NCBI GenBank assembly: GCA_045593685.1
Contig: JAZNXD010000023.1
Span: 1,715-65,714, forward strand
Length of the DNA: 64,000 nucleotides
Direction of reading: 5' to 3'
Origin: Candidatus Enterousia sp.
Lineage (GTDB): Bacteria; Pseudomonadota; Alphaproteobacteria; Rs-D84
Shown piece by piece: positions 54,343-63,340 of the stretch. A program made the position numbers and the translations under genes. The notes beneath the pieces are model-generated. The model had not been told where the DNA came from. It saw nothing but the letters and a program-made list of their open reading frames with translations, and searched no databases. Numbering within the stretch: position 1 is the stretch's first letter; each line of letters opens with the position of its first letter.

Positions 54343-55908
54343 TTACAACGGCATATCGTCCGGGATATCGTCTGGGTTAATCGCGGTTGGTGCAAAATCG
54401 GCATCGTTCCCCAGGCTGGCCGCAGAAATCGTTGGTGCGGGCTGGGCGAATTCATTGTCGCCACGCGATTCAAACTCGTCCAAGTTATCGAACAGACTGT
54501 AATCACCAAAGAACGCGGTTCGTACGGTTTCCGGGCGTCCATGGCGGTTTTTTCCGATGATGATATCAGCTTTGCCCTTGGCACGTTCATATCGTTTTTG
54601 CCATGATTCGACCATTGCATTATTTGTTGTATTTGATATACGTTCGGATGGATCACGGTTTTGCAGATAGTATTCTTCACGATACGTAAACATAACGATG
54701 TCGGCGTCTTGTTCAATGGAACCCGATTCACGCAAATCCGACAGCATTGGTCGTTTATCATCACGTGATTCCACACTACGTGACAACTGGGACAGGGCAA
54801 TAACCGGCACATCCAATTCCTTGGCCAGCATCTTTAACCCACGGGTGATTTCGGAAATTTCCTGGACGCGGTTATCGCTATGTTTGCCCCCCGGGGACGT
54901 CATCAACTGTAAATAGTCAATTACAATCAGTGCGATTCCACCATGCTTGCGCGACAGGCGTCGTGCACGTGTTCGCATCATTGGGACCGACATGCCCGGT
55001 GTATCATCGATAAACAGTGGCACCTTGCCGATTGCGGCGGAATATTGTGACATTTTCAAGAAATCTTCATCCGTCAGGTTTCCTTCGCGCATTGCGGATG
55101 CCGGTACCTTGGACTGGGAAGACAGCACACGTGCCGCCAACTGGGATGCCGACATTTCAAGGCTGAAAAACACAACTGCGCCCTTGTAATTTTTATTGGC
55201 GCGACCATATGCGATTGCGTTTGCCGCATTAAAGGCCATATTCATCGCCAGTGTTGTTTTTCCCATCGCGGGTCGTCCCGCAATGATAATCAGGTCGGAA
55301 TGATGCAACCCACTGATTGATTTATCCAATGCGTTCAACCCGGTGGTCAATCCCGACAACTGACCGTCTGCCTTGTACGCAATTTCCGCTTCGGCCAGGG
55401 CGCTTTGCAACGCGGTTGAAATTGATGTGATTTCGCGTTCCGAAGACCCCGTTGTTGCCATATCGAACAATTTTTGTTCCGCGATTTCTATTTGTCGCGT
55501 CACAGGATTGTCCAGGTCTTCTATGAACGCCTTGTCTGTAATTTCCTGGCCCAGTGCAATCAGGTCGCGCCGCAATGCGTGTTCGTATACGATGCGTCCA
55601 TATTGTTCAACATTAACAACCGTTGCGCCCGCGCCAGATAACTGGGTTAAATAGTCCACGCCGCCCACGGACTCCAAAACCCCTTGTTGGTCCAGATAGT
55701 TCTTGGCGGTAATAATATCAAACGGGATGCCTGCGGCAAATTGACGTTCGGCCAGTTTATATATTTCCTGGTGCGCGGGGTGTGAAAAATGCGTGTGACT
55801 CAGGAATTCTCCCACCCGTTCCAACGCGCGATTATTCATCAACACCGCCGCCAATACGGCCTGTTCGGCTTCTAGATTTGTCGGTAACGTTTTGGGGGTA
55901 AAATCCAT
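54343..55908 (-). CDS. dnaB: replicative DNA helicase DnaB with ~45-aa acidic C-terminal extension
   Basis: LPTNLEAEQAVLAAVLMNN, Walker A IIAGRPAMGKTTLAMN, LIVIDYLQLM, VIALSQLSR. Ends ...NPDDIPDDMPL. Confidence 0.92.
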   Translation of the reverse strand: MDFTPKTLPTNLEAEQAVLAAVLMNNRALERVGEFLSHTHFSHPAHQEIYKLAERQFAAGIPFDIITAKNYLDQQGVLESVGGVDYLTQLSGAGATVVNVEQYGRIVYEHALRRDLIALGQEITDKAFIEDLDNPVTRQIEIAEQKLFDMATTGSSEREITSISTALQSALAEAEIAYKADGQLSGLTTGLNALDKSISGLHHSDLIIIAGRPAMGKTTLAMNMAFNAANAIAYGRANKNYKGAVVFFSLEMSASQLAARVLSSQSKVPASAMREGNLTDEDFLKMSQYSAAIGKVPLFIDDTPGMSVPMMRTRARRLSRKHGGIALIVIDYLQLMTSPGGKHSDNRVQEISEITRGLKMLAKELDVPVIALSQLSRSVESRDDKRPMLSDLRESGSIEQDADIVMFTYREEYYLQNRDPSERISNTTNNAMVESWQKRYERAKGKADIIIGKNRHGRPETVRTAFFGDYSLFDNLDEFESRGDNEFAQPAPTISAASLGNDADFAPTAINPDDIPDDMPL

Positions 55909-56776
55909 GTCAAATTCCTTTACTTCTATGCCAATGGTATATGAAAAAAATGCTTTTTCAACGCCTTTTTTGCGCGGATATAAATTGTTGAAAATTCCGA
56001 TAGTTAACGCGTGTGGCGCGCCCGCATGGCCCGAATTATATCCGTTGGATAAAATCGATGAATTGCGCCAAATTGTGGGCGCGCGCCATTTTATGTCGCA
56101 AATGATGTTGGAATTTGTCCCAACGGAACGTGCGCGATTGGATCCGGGCGGATTGCGTTTTTATGACGACCAATTCGATACGCATACTGCGCGCATAGGC
56201 GCACATCAGATTACGGGCGTCACGCTATATTGGGATCCGTCCACCGGGCGACGTAAACGTGACGGCAGTGCCTGTGTCCTGTTGTATCGTGATGATAAAA
56301 ACCGGAACGTTTTTATTCACGATATTTTATATCTGACCGTATCTGACAGCGAACAGTTCCCATTATCGTGCCAATGTGACATGGTATTGAATTTTATGCA
56401 TACACGTCATTTAAATCGTATAACGATTGAAACAAATGGGATTGGTGGCGGTTTGCCCGAAATTATGCGCGATTGCGCCACCCGCACCGGTCAGAACATA
56501 TATGTAAACCGCGTTCAAAATACGAAATCAAAATCAGAACGCATACTAGATGCCATAGAACCCCTGTTAAGCACCGGTCGCCTGCATGCCCACACGCACG
56601 TGCGAAACACGCCGCTGTTGGCGGAAATGTTGGGGTGGACGCCGGTTGGCGCGTATGGTACGCACGATGATGGTCTGGATGCGGTGGCGGGCGCGATTGC
56701 CCAACCCCCGATTATCGTACGTCCATCGGGTCACGTGATAAAAACCTTTACCGCGAACACAAACTTTTCTGTTTAA
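55892..56776 (+). CDS. terL: terminase large subunit, C-terminal nuclease half (gene interrupted; homology probably begins near 55970)
   Basis: ...AWPELYPLDKIDELRQIVGARHFMSQMMLEF, VTLYWDPSTGRRKRDGSACVLL, ITIETNGIGGG and THDDGLDAVAGAI resemble RNaseH-like TerL nuclease motifs. The first ~25 codons of the ORF overlap the dnaB start/RBS antisense and are probably not TerL. Confidence 0.7.
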   Translation: MGVKSMSNSFTSMPMVYEKNAFSTPFLRGYKLLKIPIVNACGAPAWPELYPLDKIDELRQIVGARHFMSQMMLEFVPTERARLDPGGLRFYDDQFDTHTARIGAHQITGVTLYWDPSTGRRKRDGSACVLLYRDDKNRNVFIHDILYLTVSDSEQFPLSCQCDMVLNFMHTRHLNRITIETNGIGGGLPEIMRDCATRTGQNIYVNRVQNTKSKSERILDAIEPLLSTGRLHAHTHVRNTPLLAEMLGWTPVGAYGTHDDGLDAVAGAIAQPPIIVRPSGHVIKTFTANTNFSV

Positions 56777-56797
56777 TTAACCAAAAGGACAAAATAA

Positions 56798-58036
56798 ATG
56801 CAAAAAAATTTACAAAATCTGTATAAACGCGCCCTGGATATGCGTGGTCCCTGGATTGCCCGTTGGGATGCGGCGCGACGGTATGCAATGCCGGCCGCCG
56901 ACGATGATGCGGCGACATTGTTTGATGCAACCGCGATGGATGCATCAGATAACCTGGCGGCATCGATTTATACATTGTTAACGCCACCTGAATCCATGTG
57001 GTTGCAACTGGTTGGTGAAAGTGACCTGTCCCAAAATGCAGATTATGCGACGGCCATTTTGCGTGCAAACCTGAACGATTCAAATTTTTACACCACGATA
57101 CATCAGTGCTATATGGATCTGGTTGTATTGGGAACTGCGTGTTTATTTATGGCTGAATCTCCGATTGGGGCATCATCTGCATTTACATTTACCGCAATTC
57201 CGATGTCGGACATTGCCGTATTACCAAATGCGGTATTTCATACGACATCAATGTCCGCGCGTGAAGTCATGGATAAGTATCCCACGTGGACGGCGCCCTC
57301 AAATCTGCGTGATACGATTAAGCAAGACCCCGAAACGCCATTAAAATTGGTACAAAGTCTGGTTGATAATGAATTTACCGCATGGTTGGACGTTGGTGGT
57401 GATATTGAAAATAATATTGTTGCAACGGGAACATTTGAAACCAATCCGTATATAATATTCCGTTGGTCTGTGGCCAGTGGTGAATTATACGGTCGCGGTC
57501 CGGTTTTGCGCGCATTGCCCGATATCAAGACCGCAAACAAAGTCGTTGAATTGGTGCTGAAAAACGCGACGATTGCCGTTTCGGGTATATGGATGGCGGA
57601 TGACGATGGCGTAATTAATTTGCAGAACATTAATCTGACCCCCGGCGCAATTATACCCAAGGCGGTTGGTTCTTCGGGGCTGACCCCATTGACCAGTGGC
57701 GCCAACTTTGACGTGTCCCAGTTAATATTAAAAGACCTGCGCGAACGTATTCGTCATGCATTGTTGGCAGACCGGCTGGGGTTGTTGTCTGACAAAGAAA
57801 TGACGGCCACAGAAATAGTTGCCCGTAATGCCGATATGATGCGGATTTTGGGGGCGACGTACGGGCGGCTGTTGCATGAATTTATCCGTCCACTGTGCGA
57901 TCGTGGGTTACAGATTTTGTCGCGTCGTGGTGTAATCGAACCTATTCGTTTAAACGGGGATGCCGAATTAAAATACATTGCACCTATTGCACAAATGACG
58001 GCGATGGACGGTATGCTTGGGGGGACTGAATTATGA
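56798..58036 (+). CDS. phage portal (head-to-tail connector) protein
   Basis: 412 aa. N-terminal LYKRALDMRGPWIARWDAARRYAMP...LFDATAMDASDNLAASIYTLLTPPESMWLQL fits the podovirus connector family pattern. Directly follows terL. Confidence 0.65.
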   Translation: MQKNLQNLYKRALDMRGPWIARWDAARRYAMPAADDDAATLFDATAMDASDNLAASIYTLLTPPESMWLQLVGESDLSQNADYATAILRANLNDSNFYTTIHQCYMDLVVLGTACLFMAESPIGASSAFTFTAIPMSDIAVLPNAVFHTTSMSAREVMDKYPTWTAPSNLRDTIKQDPETPLKLVQSLVDNEFTAWLDVGGDIENNIVATGTFETNPYIIFRWSVASGELYGRGPVLRALPDIKTANKVVELVLKNATIAVSGIWMADDDGVINLQNINLTPGAIIPKAVGSSGLTPLTSGANFDVSQLILKDLRERIRHALLADRLGLLSDKEMTATEIVARNADMMRILGATYGRLLHEFIRPLCDRGLQILSRRGVIEPIRLNGDAELKYIAPIAQMTAMDGMLGGTEL

Positions 58037-58233
58037 CAACGCCGGAACATGATTATGCCCGTTGTTTTTCGACGCCTGCGGGCATACGGGTATTACAGCA
58101 TATGAAATCAATAACCCATGGGCGAACATTTGGCCCAAACGCAACCGATAACGAATTGCGCTGGGCGGAATCCCAGCGCGCATTTGTTCGTCACATCGAA
58201 ACCATGATTTCGCGGGGCAGGGGGGACGGATAA
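58033..58233 (+). CDS. small Bbp19-like phage protein
   Basis: 66 aa. ...FSTPAGIRVLQHMKS...ELRWAESQRAFVRHIETMI resembles the small conserved protein found after the portal in BPP-1-like podoviruses (from memory). Confidence 0.4.
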   Translation: MTTPEHDYARCFSTPAGIRVLQHMKSITHGRTFGPNATDNELRWAESQRAFVRHIETMISRGRGDG

Positions 58234-58469
58234 TGAAAACATTGGATTTTTTACGCAACAGTTGGTTTTTAATAGTTTTTATCGGCGGTCTGATTTATTG
58301 GGCCGCCCGCCAGGATTTATCCGTTGCCGAACATGAACACTTTGACAGTCGTATAACATCCCTTGAAAATCGGACCACGATATTAGAGACGGGCATCGGT
58401 CAAATTCAAATAAAAATCGACGACATCAAAGAAGATTTAACCCTGATTAAGGGCGCGGTTATAAAATAA
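58233..58469 (+). CDS. small membrane-anchored coiled-coil protein (spanin/holin-like by architecture)
   Basis: 78 aa. N-terminal TM WFLIVFIGGLIYWA followed by a coiled coil. Confidence 0.35.
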   Translation: MKTLDFLRNSWFLIVFIGGLIYWAARQDLSVAEHEHFDSRITSLENRTTILETGIGQIQIKIDDIKEDLTLIKGAVIK

Positions 58470-58498
58470 GATAAAATCGGTAAATGGTATTTTTGTAT

Positions 58499-58825
58499 CT
58501 AGTGCGCCAATAAATGCACAATAATACTGATAAAAAACGCCACACTTATTACCCCCAACAGTATTTTTTGTGTTCTGTGTGATCCCGCGCCATCACAGTG
58601 TTCACACGCGCATCTGCAATCGCGCCCAACCATCCACCATGACACCCCCAGCATCACGCCCGAAAAAACAAACAGCCATGGCTCTAACCAATGGGGCAAT
58701 ATATGCATATGTGCCATATCTGGGGCAAATACCCCGATAATGGCCAACAGCAACGGCAACCCACAACAAAATATATGTGGCGCAATCGTCGCAATAATTC
58801 CAATCTTAACAGCCTTGTTTTTCAT
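58499..58825 (-). CDS. MerC-like small membrane protein
   Basis: 108 aa, 4 TM. IAPHIFCCGLPLLLAI and CRCACEHCDG Cys clusters resemble MerC-domain proteins. Confidence 0.4.
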   Translation of the reverse strand: MKNKAVKIGIIATIAPHIFCCGLPLLLAIIGVFAPDMAHMHILPHWLEPWLFVFSGVMLGVSWWMVGRDCRCACEHCDGAGSHRTQKILLGVISVAFFISIIVHLLAH

Positions 58826-58913
58826 AATAAACCTTTGCGCACAATTATATCGCAGAATAAAATATTATCAATATAAAAAAGTTGACAATGTTCCTATTTG
58901 TGGTACTTTTTTG

Positions 58914-59804
58914 ATGATGACATCACACAGAATAGATTTTGACATCCCCGCCAATTATGCCTTTCAGGATGAATCTGCGGTATATCAATTCACCAATGAA
59001 AATATATCTGGATATCTGGGGGCGTGCGATAATTTGCGCGATGGCAATGTTTTGGCGGTCGGTGCATCGGGGGATCATGCGTTCGAAGCGTACCTTGCCG
59101 GTGCCAAACATGTCGATACATTTGACATAAATTCTTATCAAAGACATATGATTGAATTAAAGACCCATATGATACGGAATTTAAAGTATTCCGCTTTTAT
59201 GGATTATTTTTTTTATGGGCAACCCGCATCCAATGAAAAGATATTAAAGCCGATATTGCCCCTGTTTTCATTTGGATTAATGCGTTTCTTTAAATCTGGA
59301 TTATTGGCAAATTTTTGTCTTCACAATAACCCATGTTATGATATTTCTAACTTGCAGTATTTATCTTCTGAATCCAAGTATAATGAATTGGCGTCCAAAT
59401 TGCCGGAACATATAAATTTCGTGCATTGCCCACTGGAATATATACCGACCGTATTTAATAAAAAATACAACGTCGTAATGCTGTCAAACATTTTTGATTA
59501 TATGTATACAAACATTGCCCCCAGGGAAGAAAGAATACATCACTTTTACAATCAAATACTGTCCCCGATAACAAACAACATATTAACACCCGATAATGGG
59601 ACGATATTTTTCAACTACATATGGAATTGCAAAAATCCAGATAGTTGGGTTGATTTCTTTTATTGTTTTCGTGAAAAGCATCAAATTTCAGACAATCAAA
59701 CCTTCTCGGTTCGTTGTACGTTGCCCGCGCTTATCGGCGATGATATTGATGTCGCGTTAATGTTACGCACGCGTCAGATGCAAAATCGCACCAGGTTAAA
59801 ATAA
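58914..59804 (+). CDS. DUF3419/BtaA-like SAM-dependent transferase-fold protein
   Basis: VLAVGASGDHAFEAYLAGAKHVDTFDINSYQRHMIELK resembles the BtaA/DUF3419 N-terminal SAM-binding region. The ATG at 58914 is chosen because the longer ORF overlaps the convergent MerC-like gene. Confidence 0.45.
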   Translation: MMTSHRIDFDIPANYAFQDESAVYQFTNENISGYLGACDNLRDGNVLAVGASGDHAFEAYLAGAKHVDTFDINSYQRHMIELKTHMIRNLKYSAFMDYFFYGQPASNEKILKPILPLFSFGLMRFFKSGLLANFCLHNNPCYDISNLQYLSSESKYNELASKLPEHINFVHCPLEYIPTVFNKKYNVVMLSNIFDYMYTNIAPREERIHHFYNQILSPITNNILTPDNGTIFFNYIWNCKNPDSWVDFFYCFREKHQISDNQTFSVRCTLPALIGDDIDVALMLRTRQMQNRTRLK

Positions 59805-59872
59805 TCGTGACAAATTTGAATTTTTATGGTAAACCTGTGGGTGAATTCTAATCATAACCCAGGAAGTCACAC

Positions 59873-60841
59873 ATGCCCAAGGTATCAATTATTGTTCCAA
59901 TATACAACGTAGAAGAATTTATTCGCCCCTGCATAGACAGCATTTTATCCCAAACATTAAAGAATATTGAAATCATATTGGTTGACGACGGTTCAACAGA
60001 TTTATGTCCTGCGATTTGTGACCAATACGCCAAACGCGACAAACGTGTCCGTGTTATACACAAGGAAAACCAGGGCCTGGGCGCAACATACAATCGTGGC
60101 ATAGATGCCGCAACCGGTGACTATATCGGTATTGTCGAAGCGGACGATATTGCCCGTCCGGAAATGTTTGAACATTTGTACGAATTGGCCAAAAGGCACG
60201 ATGCCGACATTGCCAAATGTGAATGGTATAATTGGCACAGTCGCAACAACGCACTTTACAAAGATAACAATTTTTATTGGGCCAACAGTTACGAAGTTAT
60301 AAATGCCCGCACACATCCCCAAATGCTTCAGGCAACCGCATCAATTTGGTCTGCGATATACAATCGTAAATGGTTAAAGAAATCGGGCGTTCGTTTTTTG
60401 GAAACCCCCGGGGCCAGTTACCAGGATGTATCCTTTACCATCAAGGCGTTTTGCATGGCCGAACGTATGGTTATAACAACCGACGCGTTCTATCTGTACC
60501 GCCAGGATAACGAAAACGCATCCGTCAAATCACGTGCCAAGGTTCGTGTTATTTTCGACGAATTTGCCGAAGTGGATCGTTTCTTTAACGATTATCCGGA
60601 ATACAAGCGTTCAATGATGTGGGTGCACAAAATGTTTAAACAGTGGAAAGATTTTACATGGAATTTGGAACGCATCGCACCCGAATTCAAGGTGGAATTT
60701 TTACAGGAATTTTCCCGTATTTTCAATGGGTATTTGGCCGAAGGCGTTTTGCCAATGGAATTCATGCATCAAATAGATTGGCGACAAATGATGGCGATTA
60801 TGCGTGAACCGGTGTTGTATTGCCACTTAAATTATGCATAA
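59873..60841 (+). CDS. family-2 glycosyltransferase
   Basis: MPKVSIIVPIYNVEEFIRPCIDSILSQTLKNIEIILVDDGSTD...GIVEADD. Confidence 0.8.
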   Translation: MPKVSIIVPIYNVEEFIRPCIDSILSQTLKNIEIILVDDGSTDLCPAICDQYAKRDKRVRVIHKENQGLGATYNRGIDAATGDYIGIVEADDIARPEMFEHLYELAKRHDADIAKCEWYNWHSRNNALYKDNNFYWANSYEVINARTHPQMLQATASIWSAIYNRKWLKKSGVRFLETPGASYQDVSFTIKAFCMAERMVITTDAFYLYRQDNENASVKSRAKVRVIFDEFAEVDRFFNDYPEYKRSMMWVHKMFKQWKDFTWNLERIAPEFKVEFLQEFSRIFNGYLAEGVLPMEFMHQIDWRQMMAIMREPVLYCHLNYA

Positions 60842-60922
60842 TACACGATTTTTTCTTTGACAGATGCGCTTTGTCGGTTTAACATCGCGGTGAAATAAGT
60901 TTTTTTTCAAGAGAAGGGTATC

Positions 60923-61870
60923 ATGGCGGAAACAGTATTGGTAACAGGTGGTGCGGGCTTTATAGGTTCGCATTTATGTAATCGTTTGGTGAACGAAGGC
61001 AAAGAAGTTATCTGTTTGGATAATTTTTTTACAGGGTCCAAGGATAATATACGACATTTGTTGGGGCGGCCAAATTTTGAATTGGTGCGTCATGATGTAA
61101 CGGAAAAATACACCGCCGAAGTTGATCAGATTTACAATTTGGCATGCCCGGCCAGTCCCCCCCACTATCAATACAATGCGATAAAAACAATTCAGACATC
61201 TGTATTGGGAACACTGAACATGCTGGAATTGGCGAACTATCGCTGGTGTCCGATACTTCAGGCATCCACATCCGAAGTCTATGGCGACCCACAAATTCAT
61301 CCCCAGGTTGAAACATATTGGGGCAATGTAAACCCTATTGGCGTGCGCAGTTGTTATGACGAAGGTAAACGTTGCGCGGAAACGTTAATGATGGATTATC
61401 ACAGACAATGTGGCGTAAAATCGCGTATTATTCGTATCTTCAATACATATGGTCCGAATATGGCCCTGAATGACGGGCGTGTTGTTTCCAATTTTATTGT
61501 CCAGGCCCTTAAAAACCAGGATATAACCATATATGGCGATGGATCCCAGACCCGTTCTTTTTGCTATGTCGATGACCTGGTCGAAGGTATGGTTCGCATG
61601 ATGAACAATAAAAACGACTTTGTTGGACCGGTTAATTTGGGTAACCCATCTGAACGCACAATTATGGAATTTGCAAAATTGATAATAGAATTAACAAATT
61701 CAAAATCCAAGATTGTGTACCAACCATTGCCCGGTGATGATCCGACCCAACGTAAACCGGATATCAGTTTGGCCAAGAAACAACTGGATTGGGAACCGCG
61801 CGTAGATATTCGTACGGGACTGGCAAAAACAATCGAATATTTTGACGGAATTTTATCAAAACAGCGCTAA
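60923..61870 (+). CDS. UDP-glucuronate decarboxylase (UDP-xylose synthase), SDR family
   Basis: [91 protein letters not shown]. Confidence 0.88.
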   Translation: MAETVLVTGGAGFIGSHLCNRLVNEGKEVICLDNFFTGSKDNIRHLLGRPNFELVRHDVTEKYTAEVDQIYNLACPASPPHYQYNAIKTIQTSVLGTLNMLELANYRWCPILQASTSEVYGDPQIHPQVETYWGNVNPIGVRSCYDEGKRCAETLMMDYHRQCGVKSRIIRIFNTYGPNMALNDGRVVSNFIVQALKNQDITIYGDGSQTRSFCYVDDLVEGMVRMMNNKNDFVGPVNLGNPSERTIMEFAKLIIELTNSKSKIVYQPLPGDDPTQRKPDISLAKKQLDWEPRVDIRTGLAKTIEYFDGILSKQR

Positions 61871-61873
61871 TTA

Positions 61874-61949
61874 TGGCGTCCCCAGCAGGACTCGAACCTG
61901 CATCTAATTCTTAGGAGGAATTTGTTCTATCCTGTTGAACTATGGGGAC
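61874..61949 (-). tRNA. tRNA-Arg (anticodon CCU), CCA encoded
   Basis: 76 nt. Acceptor GTCCCCA/TGGGGAC, anticodon stem AATTC/GAATT with loop CTCCTAA, T-loop TTCGAGT. Confidence 0.9.
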
Positions 61950-62048
61950 GAATTCTGGGGTATTTTATTCTTAACAATAAAATATTGCAACCGATAAATT
62001 CGAACTGTATAATACCCTGGCAATTTTATTCGGAAAGGATTTGTTTTA

Positions 62049-62987
62049 ATGGGCAGCAAACTTATCGGTTACGGTTCCTATTTACCGGAACGCACGGTGA
62101 CCAACCGGGAATTTGAACACATAATGGATACGTCGGACGAATGGATAACGACACGCACGGGAATTCGTGAACGCCATTTTGCACGCCCCGATGAAACGGT
62201 TGTTGACATGGCAACGATTGCGGCCCGTCGTGCATTGGAAAATGCCAATTTAACCCCAGAAGATATTGATTTGGTTATCGTTGCCAATGTTACCGCCGAA
62301 TTACCTTTCCCATCCATCGGGGTCCAGGTTTTGGGAAAACTGGGGGTACAAAATAATATTCCCGCCTTTGACGTTCGTGGCGCATGTACCGGTTTTATAT
62401 ATGCATTACATTGTGCACGTGGCTTTTTTACGGCCGGTATGCATCATCGCATTATGCTGATTGGGGCGGAAAAGATGTCCCGTTTTGTGGATATGTCTGA
62501 CCGATCGACTGCGATATTATTTGGCGACGGGGCGGGTGCATTGATATTTGAACACAGTTCGTCCGGCTATTCCGGCATCATTGATACGATTGTTATGTCA
62601 AATGGCGCCGACTTTAAGTATCTGCACGGCACGCCCGATAACAAGATTGTAATGAACGGTCCCGAAACATATAAAAAGGCGGTCCAATGCATGCCCGATG
62701 CCGCCCGCTATATAATGGAACATGCGGGGATTACGGCCCAAAACATAGACTGGATAATCCCGCACCAGGCGAACCTGCGCATAATACAAAGTTGTGCGGA
62801 AAAATTGGAATTCCCATTGGACAAGATTTTGGTGACGGTTGACCGACACGCGAACACCAGTGGCGCATCCGGCGTCTTGGCTTTGGCCTATGCGTTGGAT
62901 AACGGGCTTATAAAACATGGTCAATTAATTTTATATCCCGCCTTTGGCAGTGGATTGACATGGGGCGCCGCATTGATTAGAATATAA
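62049..62987 (+). CDS. fabH: 3-oxoacyl-ACP synthase III
   Basis: GSYLPERTVTNREFEHIMDTSDEWITTRTGIRERHFA, active-site RGACTGFIYAL, IPHQANLRI, GNTSGASG. Confidence 0.92.
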   Translation: MGSKLIGYGSYLPERTVTNREFEHIMDTSDEWITTRTGIRERHFARPDETVVDMATIAARRALENANLTPEDIDLVIVANVTAELPFPSIGVQVLGKLGVQNNIPAFDVRGACTGFIYALHCARGFFTAGMHHRIMLIGAEKMSRFVDMSDRSTAILFGDGAGALIFEHSSSGYSGIIDTIVMSNGADFKYLHGTPDNKIVMNGPETYKKAVQCMPDAARYIMEHAGITAQNIDWIIPHQANLRIIQSCAEKLEFPLDKILVTVDRHANTSGASGVLALAYALDNGLIKHGQLILYPAFGSGLTWGAALIRI

Positions 62988-63017
62988 TTAACACAAGAAA
63001 CACAAAAGGGTATTGAT

Positions 63018-63311
63018 ATGGCAACAGTAACAAGAAGTGATTTTGCAAACAGATTGCGTGAACGTTTTGGATTGACAACGGCGGATGCATATAAAATGGT
63101 CGATGTTGTCTTTGATGAAATTCGTGCGGCCCTGATTCACGGGGAAGAGGTTAAATTTGCCGGTCTGGGCAGTTTCAAGATTTTAGAGAAAAATGCGCGC
63201 ATGGGGCGCAATCCCAAAACAGGCGAGAGTGCAATTATCTCTGCACGTCGTGTTGCCACCTTTCGCCCCAGCAATGAATTCCGTGAACGTGTCGCGGCGG
63301 GCACAAAATAA
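63018..63311 (+). CDS. ihfA: integration host factor subunit alpha
   Basis: TVTRSDFANRL...GLGSFKILEKNARMGRNPKTGESAIISARRVATFRPS. fabH-ihfA synteny is typical of Alphaproteobacteria. Confidence 0.85.
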   Translation: MATVTRSDFANRLRERFGLTTADAYKMVDVVFDEIRAALIHGEEVKFAGLGSFKILEKNARMGRNPKTGESAIISARRVATFRPSNEFRERVAAGTK

Positions 63312-63340
63312 AAATCCCCCGTTTGGGGGATTTTTTTTAA
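63309..63340. terminator. bidirectional intrinsic terminator
   Basis: AATCCCCCGTTTGGGGGATT hairpin flanked by A5 and T8. Confidence 0.7.

Larger units (their letters stand above)
45794..58469 (+). mobile_element. podovirus-like prophage remnant / structural-lysis cassette (no integrase, replication module or tail fibre seen)
   Basis: A contiguous same-strand run encodes endolysin-like, holin-like, scaffold-like, capsid, adaptor-like, nozzle-like, internal-protein-like, split TerL, portal and Bbp19-like ORFs. It is interrupted only by the minus-strand block 52593..55908. Confidence 0.6.

Noticed and set aside
52594-56007. 7-bp direct repeat TAGTTAA at both edges of the dnaB block (52594-52600 and 56001-56007) as a possible target-site duplication
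   Set aside because: Deleting the block plus one copy would leave the TAG stop in the TerL-N frame, and the two halves are read in different frames across the repeat. A 7-mer of this AT-rich composition is also expected by chance within the ~100-bp junction windows I searched.
51985-56776. Intron or intein as the explanation for the split terminase
   Set aside because: The intervening 3.4 kb encodes three complete genes on the opposite strand, including dnaB. I see no intein splicing motifs, reverse transcriptase or homing endonuclease.
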